Counted from the stretch's first letter, positions 1 through 10,347 are shown. The stretch: 64,000 bases of DNA from Octopus vulgaris (GCA_951406725.2 OX597816.1:96658001-96722000); one strand, 5' to 3'. Numbers and translations: made by a program. Notes: generated from the sequence alone by a model not told the origin.

Positions 1-480
1 CTACTGTCGCATGTGGGACGGATCCATCCGTCGGCCAAGTCCATAGTGAGGATTGCCTCACCGATTTCCTTAAATCGGGCAAGTAAGGTTGTTTTCTTTT
101 TCCTGGTGGTGGTGGTAGCGAAAGAGATTGTCTGGTGAATAAGGCTGAAAGGCAATAAGTCACAGACCTTCCTCTCTGACAGAGCCCTCATCGATTTTTT
201 CAAGTTTTACATGAAAAGGAAAGCGATGTTAGAGAAGGAGGTGCTGTCCTCAAGTGAATTTACTGAAGAGTAGGTGAAAGTTGCGAAAATGGCAAAAGTA
301 CAGACCTATGAATCGGAGAACAGGAATTGGAGAGGGCACCTGCCTTGGTGTTCAGGGAGATCTTTGATTGTCGGGTTCCTCGATTATCCCTAGAGGTCCT
401 TCTGCGTCAGGAAGACTACATCACTATCATCCTCCCCACTTTTATTTTTATTTGTTTTTACAATTCTAAACAATATATGC
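1..480 (+). mobile_element. 3' remnant of an L1/Tx1-like LINE (decayed ORF2 C-terminus plus 3' UTR; the UTR probably resumes at about 6590-6680)
   Basis: Stop-interrupted frame reads ...VVAKEIVW*IRLKG...FFKFYMKRKAMLEKE..., typical of Tx1-type ORF2 ends. It is followed by a T-rich UTR, and an AATAAA-containing tail lies at about 6670. Recognised by eye. Confidence 0.5.
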
Positions 481-483
481 TTC

Positions 484-536
<53 letters not shown>

Positions 537-594
537 ATTCTTATTGCATACAATGCATACTTTCTATATATACAGACATATATTTATGTATGTG

Positions 595-653
<59 letters not shown>

Positions 654-788
654 AGATGTACCTGCATAGCAAGTGATTTGATCTGAGATCGTGTGCTGAA
701 ACGAAAACAATTGCAGCGTGGAAGGTGTTTGTAAGCCATTTAAGAAACACACAAAAGCCGTTCGATTCACTTCAACATTTAAGTTTAA

Positions 789-838
789 TTTGTCAAAATA
801 TTTTCGTCGCTAAAATCCGCGACCTGTTCACTGACAAA
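789..838 (-). ncRNA. Minimal type I hammerhead-like motif in the PLE terminal repeat (G3/C8 core variant)
   Basis: Minus strand reads TTTGTCA GTGAACA G GTCGC ggatttta GCGAC GAAA ATAT TT TGACAAA: 7-bp stem I, 5-bp stem II, palindromic stem III. Confidence 0.7.
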
Positions 839-972
839 AATCCGTGCTGCATCTGAGAAAGTAACAGTTAGTTCGTTATATATATGTACGTATCTATGTG
901 TGTGTGTATGTATGTATGCACGCATGTATGTATGCATGCATGTATGTATGTACGTACGTACGCCTGTGTGTA

Positions 973-2264
973 CGAGGGGCGTTCAATAAGTAATGCCCCT
1001 GACCCACTTCCCATAGCAGTAGAGCAACGAAACTTGGCACAGTTATTAGTCTTTTTCTACATAGGAACCACTCAGAGTTACGCATTTCTCCCATTGTTTG
1101 ATGCAGCTCTGGAGACCGTTTTTGTAGAAGACCCCAGCTTGGTCCTCCAACCTGAACGTGACTTCAGAAATCAAGGCTGCATCATCTGGGAAACGCTTTC
1201 CTTTCAAAAACAACTTCATGACTGGGAAGAGGGGAAAATCAGAGGGTGCAAGGTCAGGAAAGTAGGAGGATGGGGGATGAGTTCATAGCCATACGGCTGT
1301 GCTTCTGATCTGGCGACAAGCGAGTTGTGGACCGGAGCGTTGTCCTGCAGGAGGAGGATGCCTTTGCTGATCTTGCCCCGCCTCTTGATTTTGATAACTT
1401 CTCTTAATTTCCTCAAAAGTGAAGCATAATAGGCTCCTGTAATTGTGGTACCCTTTGCCAGGAAATCTGTCATCACTACTCCGTCCTGGTCCCAGAAGAC
1501 TGTGAGCATCACCTTGCCAGCGGAGGGCTGCACCCTTGCCTTCTTTGGAGGGTGAGTCACGGTGCTTCCACTGCATTGACTGGGCTTTGGTCTCTGGATC
1601 ATCGTGATGGACCCAGGTTTCATCCTGTGTAATCAGTCTTTTGAAAAATTTTGACTCATCTTCTTGGCACATCTCCAAATTCATCCTCGAGCACTCGACG
1701 CGTTCTTGCTTCTGGAAAGGCGTGAGCAACCTGGGAATCCATCTGGCAGACACCTTTTGCATATGCAAATGATCATGAATGATAGTTTCCACAGACCCGG
1801 TACTAATCTTGACCTCATGGGCTATTTGGCGAATAATTATGCGTCGATCTTCCAAAATAGCAGCCTCAACTTGACGGACAGATGCCTCATCAATGGCAGA
1901 AGCGGGGCGACCAGATCTGGGAGCTGTTTCCACAGAGTTCCGACCATGTTTGAATTCCTGATACCAGCGTTTTACAAGGTCATATGATGGGGCATCATCA
2001 CCATAAGTTACTTTCATTTCATCAAAAGTCTCCCGTGGTGTGCGTCCTTTCAAATACAAAAACCGGATCACTGCTCGACACTCAACAGGCTCCATTTCAC
2101 ACTTGACTCAGTTCAAACACCTGTAAATCAGAACACCACAATTAGTTTCAGAGCTGTAATTTGCCACTTAATCTATAGAGATATAAATAATTGCACATGC
2201 AAAATTTCAGCTAGATCAAACAACTCCAAGTGGGTCAGGGGCATTACTTATTGAACGTCCCTCG
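973..2264 (-). mobile_element. Full-length mariner transposon (about 1.29 kb)
   Basis: TIRs CGAGGGGCGTTCAATAAGTAATGCCCCTGACCCACTT with one mismatch. TA TSD at 971-972 and 2265-2266. The empty TA site is visible in the other PLE arm at about 6026. Confidence 0.95.
1046..2095 (-). pseudogene. mariner DD34D transposase with frameshifts
   Basis: HTH region, WIPRLL, ITQDETW, QDNAPVH, PDLAPSDF-like motif and C-terminal WEKCV...GSYVEKD*, split over ORFs 1283-2095 and 1216-1623. Confidence 0.92.
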
Positions 2265-3488
2265 TATGTATGTATGTATGTATGTATGTATGTATGTATG
2301 TATGTATGTATGTATGTGTGTATATGCACGCACACACACACTATAAACTTAAAGCTATAAACTTGTAGTGATGGATAGATGTAGACTGACCACTCATCAC
2401 AACAATATCAAATTTCAACCTCCCCCGCCGGAACTAGGAAGTGATTTACGACTCTCACCCCCACGACAAAACTCTAAGACCTATTATCAGTAACTTATCT
2501 CTATATCACAAAACTTTTGTTTTACTATTACTTATCTCTTTTTTTTCCTCCCTTACATCTAGTTAGTTCAGGTTATATATACGTATGTATGTGTGTATGT
2601 ATGTATGTATGTATGTATGTGTGTATGCACGTACGTACGCATGTGCGCATGTATGTATATGCGCACGTATGCATGTGCGTATGTATGTGTGTTTGTACAT
2701 GTACGTGCGTATGTACGTGTGTACGCCCATACGCAGGTATGTATGTTTGTACTTATATGCTACGTATGTATGTGAGTATCTAGGAGAACGGGCAGACGCG
2801 TCTGTGTGTGTGTACATGTGTATGTGCATGTGAACTATGTCCGTGTACTGGTATGTGTCCGTCTAAGTTGTGTACAAGACTGTTACTTTGTTGAAGGTTC
2901 TATATATATACACCCATATATGTTTGCATAGACGCACACACATATAAATATATATGTGTGGGTGTGTGTTTGTTCCTCTCATCATCGTCTAACGGTGAAT
3001 GGATACAACGTTTAGGTGCAACTGTGCACATATAACCATATACATATACACAAGTACACACAATCATATAGACACACTCATAAATACACTTATAACCTTA
3101 AATTATATACTCATATATGCTTATCCACTTCAACATACATATGTCCTATTACACACATACACACACACACGCACACACTCGCATAAACATACATATGCAC
3201 ACACACACACATACATATAAAATAAATCACAGTATTCAAGGGCAACGGTTAAAAATCGAACATGCATTATATTAACATATCTGCTCTTTTTTTATTATAT
3301 ATATATGCATAAACGCATACATATACCCATATATACTCATATGTGCATGCATGTGCATTAAATTCCTTTTTTATAGCACCACACACGCACATACGTAACA
3401 AACAACGTACGCTCATACGGTTATATATAACTGCACACGCATTGCAACATGTATGTAAGGATTACATGTAAACGAGAGAGAGGGGTGG

Positions 3489-5280
3489 TTATAGAATGGT
3501 CCTCCTGAATGGGATCTGGATGTTACTCCATTCGGATTTTCGGTTGAGAGTAGGTTTGTATTCTTGTATACAAACAGCTTCTGTGACCTGTCTCATCATT
3601 GCATCGGTGGGATGTGTTGATAGGATGTTTAACTTAAGTTTCCCTAAGAATCCCTTGTGGCTGTCTACAAAATGTTGATAGAAGATGGAGTTTGGCTTCC
3701 TTTCAATGTAGTTGTCCAGGTGTTCTTTGAACCTATCATTGATACTCCTAGAAGTCTCACCTATGTATGACTCTGGGTTAGTCGCACAAGCTCCCTCTTG
3801 TCACTCAATTTGGTATACAGTGCCCTTGGTTTTGCAGTTCACATGTGGGTTTGTCGAACATACTGCACAATTACTTTGACATGTGATTCTATCAAATGGA
3901 TATGATCTGCATAATGCAGATTTGATAGTCCTACCTGTCTTTTCTACAACTTTGATTTTAAGGCCAGTAGTGCGCAGGATATTCTTGAATGCCTTACTTA
4001 GCTCGTTTTTAGGTGTGGCGTCAACGAACATTACCCCGTGAAATTTCCTGTTATCATACCAAGTATCGTTTCTCATCCTTTTGTTGGTGTCTCTCTCTAA
4101 CCTATTCCAGAACTTGTTGCGGTATATACTTGTTGCGGCATATACCGTTTTCGTCGTCCCTTAGAATGCGTTCGAATCTTGCTTTCGCTCCCTTGTACAC
4201 TCTGACTCTATCGCCTTGTGTGTATCTGGAGCGTTGCATTCGGAATATGTAGTGCTGGATGTGTTGTTGTCGTTCTTGTGGTTGGCATAGTGGGGATACA
4301 TTCCTCATTACTCTAATTAAGTCTGTCACTAGGATGTTGAGTTTGGTAGTATTCGACATAGCTGAGTCACTACGGATTACTAGTGGATTAGCCATCGGTT
4401 TCTGATAGTGTGAGTGGAGTATACAGGGTTTAATGGTTCCATTAACCATAGTATCTTCTATACATAGCTCAGTATCTAGGACGGGTAGTCGTTTACTGAG
4501 GTGTTTAGAGGGGTAGTCTATGATAACTTTTATACTGCTGTGGATAGAGTCAGCTATGTGTTGTATGGATGTCATCACCTGTTCTTCACTTAATAGAGAG
4601 CCCATAACTGTGTCTGTATTATAACATTTCACGACAAGGTTAATGTCGTCGACGTAACGAGAGTACATAGCTAAGTGCATGTTACGGGTTGCTAGGCACT
4701 GTTTAAAATGCCTGTCCCACCATACCATGAAGAGGTTTGCAACGTCACCGGCGATCCCTACCCCAATGGCACCGCCTTTCGTCTGCTTACACAGTTTGTT
4801 GTCAAACTTAAAAATATATGTTTTAAGTGTAATTCTCAGGCTGACACCGATAGCATGTGCGATGGTAGTTCTAATGTCGTGTGCATTTGAAGCCAGCGCT
4901 CACAGTGAGTCTTTCTGTATGCTGAGGTGGTCTACCTCGTTTGTTACGGGTGGGACAAGCATACAGAAGATTATTGTGCGACAGGTATTCATTGGTACAC
5001 GTCAGGGCCAGGAAGAGCCCTAGTTCATATACATCCACATTTTAAAAAATCATACTACTTTCACTAATTATTTCTATACATTTATCGACAGTAAAGTCTT
5101 CATCGATGGAGGGGTATAGTGATACCACATCCATGCTACCTACGATGTGGTTCTTGAGGATCCTGCTGTGGATCCTGCTGAGGAGGTCCTCAGTACTGTC
5201 ACATACATCCGCAGATAGTTCTATTAATGGTCGTAGGAATTGTGAGAGAAAATATATTTTGTGGTTGTTTGCATTGTTGG
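3489..5280 (-). pseudogene. PLE reverse transcriptase plus C-terminal GIY-YIG endonuclease, frameshifted
   Basis: Motifs GSMDVVSLYPSI, QTKGGAIGVGIAGDVANLFM, YSRYVDDI, LPVLDTEL, HYQKPMAN, linker CQSNCAVC, then VYQIE*QEGAC...YIGETSRSINDRFKEH...QHFVDSH...RQVTEA...LNRKSEW. Confidence 0.9.
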
Positions 5281-5295
5281 CACCCACACACACAC

Positions 5296-5337
<42 letters not shown>

Positions 5338-6143
5338 GCGTCTATACAAACATTTCTGGGTGTATATATACAACCTTCAACAAAGTATCAGTCATGTACA
5401 CAACTTACACGGACACATACCAGTACACGGACATACGTTCACATGCATATACACATGTACACACACACAGACGCATCTGCCCGTTCTCCGAGGTACTCAC
5501 ATACATACGTAGCATATAAGTACAAACATACATACATGCGTATGGGCATACACACGTACGTACGCACGTACATGTACACACACACATACGTACGCACATG
5601 CATACGTGCGCATATACATACATACGCACATGCATACGTACGTGCATACACATATACATACATACATACATACATACATACATACATACATACATACATA
5701 CATACATACATACATACATACATACATACACACATACATACGTATATATAACTTGAACTAACTAGATGTAAGGAAGGAAAAAAAAGATAAGTAATAGTAA
5801 AACAAAAGTTTTGTGATATAGAGATAAGTTACTGATAATAGGTCTCAGAGTTTTGTCGTGGGGGTGAGGGTCGTAAATCACTTCCTAGTTCCGGCGGGGG
5901 AGGTTGAAATTTGATATTGTTGTGATGAGTGGTCAGTCTACATCTATCCATCACTACAGGTTTATAGCTTTAAGTTTATAGTGTGTGTGCGTGCATATAC
6001 ACACATACATACATACATACATACATACGCACAGGCGTACGTACATACATACATACATGCATGCATACATACATACACACACACATACATACGTACATAT
6101 ATATAACGAACTAACTGTTACTTTCTCAGATACAGCACGGATT

Positions 6144-6194
6144 TTTGTCAGTGAACAGGTCGCGGTCTTAAAGCGACGAAAATATTTTGACAAA
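6144..6194 (+). ncRNA. Second copy of the G3/C8 hammerhead-like motif in the inverted arm
   Basis: TTTGTCA GTGAACA G GTCGC ggtcttaaa GCGAC GAAA ATAT TT TGACAAA. It differs from the first copy only in loop II. Confidence 0.7.
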
Positions 6195-6205
6195 TTAAAC
6201 TTAAA

Positions 6206-6499
6206 GGATCTTTTCCTTTTGATGGACGGAATTTCTAGCTAACTAAACAATTTGAAACTTCGTATACTCGTAGAATGTGTCAAAAGAAAACATTATTTTC
6301 ACTTGGCGTTTTTGAGAAAATTGTAATTTGTAAGTTTAACGTAGTTTAATTCTTCGAATTTTAACCAATGAAATGCCAGCATATGAGCTCAAATCATTTG
6401 CTGCGTCTAAAAACTCAGACAACATCCTTTTGCAACGTAAACAGCACACACACACACACTAGCTAACTAGAAATTCCGTCCATCAAAAGGAAAAGATCC
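6206..6499. mobile_element. MITE with 33-bp perfect TIRs and 8-bp TSD (Merlin-like)
   Basis: TIR GGATCTTTTCCTTTTGATGGACGGAATTTCTAG. TSD AACTTAAA at 6198-6205 and 6500-6507, with a single-copy empty site at 778-785. GG termini plus an 8-bp TSD fit Merlin; the superfamily is inferred. Confidence 0.85.
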
Positions 6500-6686
6500 A
6501 ACTTAAATGTTGAAGTGAATCGAACGGCTTTTGTGTGTTTCTTAAATGGCTTACAAACACCTTCCACGCTGCAATTGTATATATATATATATTCTTATTT
6601 CATTATCTATAGTCCCCTATACTTGATGTCTGTTTCTGTACTGTCCCCCTCATCCTTCGCCTTGGAGGCAAATAAAAGCTATCATT

Positions 6687-6897
6687 GGCGAGTTGGCAGA
6701 ATCGTTAGCACGTTGGACGAAATGCTTAGCGGTATTTCGCCCGTCGCTCCGTTCTGAGTTCAAATTCTGCCGAGGTTGACTTTGCCTTTCATCCTTTCAG
6801 GGTCGATAAAATAGGTACCAGTTGAACACTGGGGTCGATGTAATCGACTCATCTCCTCCCCCAAAATTGCTGCCCTTGTGCCAAAATTTGAAACCAT
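6687..6897 (+). mobile_element. tRNA-derived SINE with a MetaSINE-like central domain
   Basis: A-box TGGCAGAATCG, B-box GAGTTCAAATT, core GCCTTTCATCCTTTCAGGGTCGATAAAATAGGTACCAG and (TTA)n tail. The family recurs in the window. Confidence 0.75.
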
Positions 6898-7707
6898 TAT
6901 TATCGTTATTATTGCATGTGTATAAAACACAAGTACATGTGTGAATGTGCACGTGTGTGTTTATCTGTATGTTCCCGAAGACAAGTTTATCATATAACAT
7001 TATTTTCAGCCACGGACATTTAGAGGGACGATCGATTTTTAACAGTCACGGTACCATACTTGACTGGTACTATTTTTATGATCCCAGAAGCATAAACAGG
7101 AAAAAACAGATCCCAGAAGTATCGAAAATCAGGTCTGTGGAAAGATATACTTGAATATTACATACACGACATTTTGTCCACCACGGTACCGATTCTGGCA
7201 AAACATAATCCTTGTATTTTATAGATGTAGTCCTAGGTGTACACAAAGAAGGTATTAAAGACCTTGATTCTGATTTGCAGAAAAAGAGCTGATCTGGGAC
7301 TAAACCAACAATGCCACTGTGTGTGTGCATGCGCGCGCGCATGTATATGTTCTCCCAAATGACAAGATACCTAACGTAACATTTAGTCATTTTATAAGCC
7401 AAGCACCAAGTATCGCAACTCTATAACTAACAATTCTATCTTACAGTGGAATGACTACTCCCATCTAACGTAGTAATTAATGTACATTGCCACAAGAACC
7501 AGATCTAAATGTATCTATCTACGGTACACTATCATCATTCTCATCATCATCATCATCATCATCATCTTCACCATTATTTCTATATACATACATACTCACG
7601 TGTATGTGTGTCTGATGTTTAAACTCTACATATGTATGTAGGTGTATATATATACATATAAATATATACATTTACATTATATATATATATATATAAATAT
7701 ATACATT

Positions 7708-7751
<44 letters not shown>

Positions 7752-7991
7752 TATACATTTACATATATTAATCAATATAGGGTGGCAAAAAAATTTTGTA
7801 GAATTCTTTTGCCACCAGCGGCCTAGTAGGAAAAAATTAAATAGTCATAAACCATTTTTACGTTCAACATCACAATCAAGGAACGGCCATAATAGGCCAT
7901 TCACCTACTAGAAATAACAGCCAAAAGCTTTAACCGCAAAATAACATTAATACCGTAAACCAGGAGAAAATTGAAAAACTTTTACCCTGTA

Positions 7992-8098
7992 ATTTCTTAG
8001 ACGATGCACCGTTTCATCTACCGTTTAATGGTAAACTAACCTGATTAAATTAAATCAAGCCAATCCACCATAGGCCCTTAGACTCATCAGTAAGAAAT
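7992..8098 (-). ncRNA. Type I hammerhead ribozyme, copy 1 (predicted cleavage between 8000 and 7999)
   Basis: ATTTCTTA CTGATGA GTCTA...TAGAT GAAA CG GTGCAT CG TC|TAAGAAAT: 8-bp stem I, canonical CUGAUGA and GAAA core, GUC triplet. Confidence 0.92.
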
Positions 8099-8475
8099 AG
8101 CCAAATCGGGACAGATATTTTTCACGAGGCATTCCTCTTGCTGCCTCGGCAGTATCTGACCTAAAATTTTCAAATCGTCGCACTCGCGCCAAATTTATCG
8201 GCAGCAAATGAACCACCGATTCCGTTACGGAACTAACCAGAAAATTCATAATTAATCAATATAGGGTGGCAAAAAAATTTTGTAGAATTCTTTTGCCACC
8301 AGCGGCCTAGTAGGAAAAAATTAAATAGTCATAAACCATTTTTACGTTCAACATCACAATCAAGGAACGGCCATAATAGGCCATTCACCTACTAGAAATA
8401 ACAGCCAAAAGCTTTAACCGCAAAATAACATTAATACCGTAAACCAGGAGAAAATTGAAAAACTTTTACCCTGTA

Positions 8476-8582
8476 ATTTCTTAGACGATGCACCGTTTCA
8501 TCTACCGTTTAATGGTAAACTAACCTGATTAAATTAAATCAAGCCAATCCACCATAGGCCCTTAGACTCATCAGTAAGAAAT
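8476..8582 (-). ncRNA. Type I hammerhead ribozyme, copy 2 (cleavage between 8484 and 8483)
   Basis: Identical to copy 1. Confidence 0.92.
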
Positions 8583-8959
8583 AGCCAAATCGGGACAGAT
8601 ATTTTTCACGAGGCATTCCTCTTGCTGCCTCGGCAGTATCTGACCTAAAATTTTCAAATCGTCGCACTCGCGCCAAATTTATCGGCAGCAAATGAACCAC
8701 CGATTCCGTTACGGAACTAACCAGAAAATTCATAATTAATCAATATAGGGTGGCAAAAAAATTTTGTAGAATTCATTTGCCACCAGCGGCCTAGTAGGAA
8801 AAAATTAAATAGTCATAAACCATTTTTACGTTCAACATCACAATCAAGGAACGGCCATAATAGGCCATTCACCTACTAGAAATAACAGCCAAAAGCTTTA
8901 ACCGCAAAATAACATTAATACCGTAAACCAGGAGAAAATTGAAAAACTTTTACCCTGTA

Positions 8960-9066
8960 ATTTCTTAGACGATGCACCGTTTCATCTACCGTTTAATGGT
9001 AAACTAACCTGATTAAATTAAATCAAGCCAATCCACCATAGGCCCTTAGACTCATCAGTAAGAAAT
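8960..9066 (-). ncRNA. Type I hammerhead ribozyme, copy 3 (cleavage between 8968 and 8967)
   Basis: Identical to copy 1. Confidence 0.92.
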
Positions 9067-10115
9067 AGCCAAATCGGGACAGATATTTTTCACGAGGCAT
9101 TCCTCTTGCTGCCTCGGCAGTATCTGACCTAAAATTTTCAAATCGTCGCACTCGCGCCAAATTTATCGGCAGCAAAAGAACCACCGATTCCGTTACGGAA
9201 CTAACCAGAAAATTCATAATTAATCAATATAGGGTGGCAAAAAAATTTTGTAGAATTCTTTTGCCACCAGCGGCCTAGTAGGAAAAAAATTAAATAGTCA
9301 TAAACCATTTTTACGTTCAACATCACAATCAAGGAACGGCCATAATAGGCCATTCACCTACTAGAAATAACAGCCAAAAGCTTTAACCGCAAAATAACAT
9401 TAATACCGTAAACCAGGAGAAAATTGAAAAACTTTTACCCTGTAATTTCTTATATATATATATATATATATGTATGTATATATATACATATATATATAGA
9501 GAGAGTGTGTGAGTGTGTGTGTTTGTGTGTGTATGTATGTGTGTGTGTCCATGCGTGCGTGCGTGCGTGAGTGAGTGCGTGCGTGCGTGAGTGCGTGCGT
9601 GCGTACGTAAGGTGTTCAGACTATATCGCCTTGATATTCAACATAGTTGGCAAAACGAATCAAAACAACAATAACGAAAATGACAAAAGGGTGAGAATAA
9701 ATAGTACAGGTGAAAGAAAATACTGAAGAGGCTTAAAATTTTGTCAAAATTTAAATAGAAATAGCTTAGAAAATTATAAAATAGCATCGTGAGTGAAATG
9801 ACTTCTAGAAAATATTCTTAATAAAGGTCATGAATTACATTTCATACCGAAAATTGAAAAACCGAGCACAGCACTTTTCAATTAGGAAGGTGACAAGAAA
9901 ACATAGATTAGAAAATGTAGTAGGACAAAAAGATTATATATATATATATGTATGTATGTGTGTGTGTCTGTGTGTGTGTATATAGATATATATGTATGTA
10001 TGTATGAATGTATGTATGCATACATATATCTATAGATAGATAGATAGATACATGCATACATAATACATACATAGACATACAGACAGGCAGACAGAGAGAC
10101 AGATAGATATATTAA

Positions 10116-10265
10116 GCGCAGACGTGGCTGTATGGTAGGAACGTTGCTTCCCAACCACAGTACTCCAGGTCCAGTCCCACTGCATGGCACCTTTGGCAAG
10201 TGTCTTCTAAGTCAAAAGTCTTGCAAGTGGATTCGATAGACGGAAACTAAACGAAGCCCGTCCTA
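10116..10265 (+). mobile_element. tRNA-derived SINE head (family B)
   Basis: GTGGCTGTATGGTAGG...TTCCCAACCAC...GGTCCAGTCCCACTG...GGCAAGTGTCTTCT followed by microsatellite. The family recurs in the window. Confidence 0.7.
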
Positions 10266-10269
10266 TATT

Positions 10270-10347
<78 letters not shown>

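Larger units (their letters stand above)
651..6578 (-). mobile_element. Penelope-like retroelement (Naiad-like), 5'-truncated, with an inverted copy of its 3' region
   Basis: Arms 707-2964 and 5281-6578 are reverse complements once nested insertions are removed. A 56-bp extension (651-706) is present on one side only. RT and GIY-YIG coding sequence lies between the arms. Both ends abut (TA)n. Confidence 0.88.
7767..9452 (-). repeat. Tandem array of about 3.5 x 484-bp units, each with a hammerhead ribozyme (non-LTR retrozyme-like)
   Basis: Units start at 7767, 8251, 8735 and 9219. Only about 3 differences were seen among copies (about 8775, about 9177, one extra A near 9288). Flanked by TA microsatellite. 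Confidence 0.95.

Noticed and set aside
2340-3490. SECIS element downstream of the PLE ORF
   Set aside because: The hairpins seen (e.g. GTGATG...CATCAC, GGGGTGA...TCACTTC) lack the AUGA/GA quartet plus apical AA by eye. Left to SECISearch.
2517-6242. Many ORFs rich in [12 protein letters not shown] and CVCV, here and throughout the window
   Set aside because: They are translations of TATG, TA and CA microsatellites.
8055-9217. 64-aa minus-strand ORF repeated in each 484-bp unit (MNFLVSSVTES...)
   Set aside because: No recognisable domain. It overlaps the ribozyme core and hairpins, and its recurrence is explained by the tandem repeat. Ribosome profiling would be needed to revive it.
7767-9452. 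CRISPR array or plain satellite interpretation
   Set aside because: There are no unique spacers or cas genes and the context is eukaryotic. A plain satellite does not explain the intact ribozyme or the end at the cleavage site.
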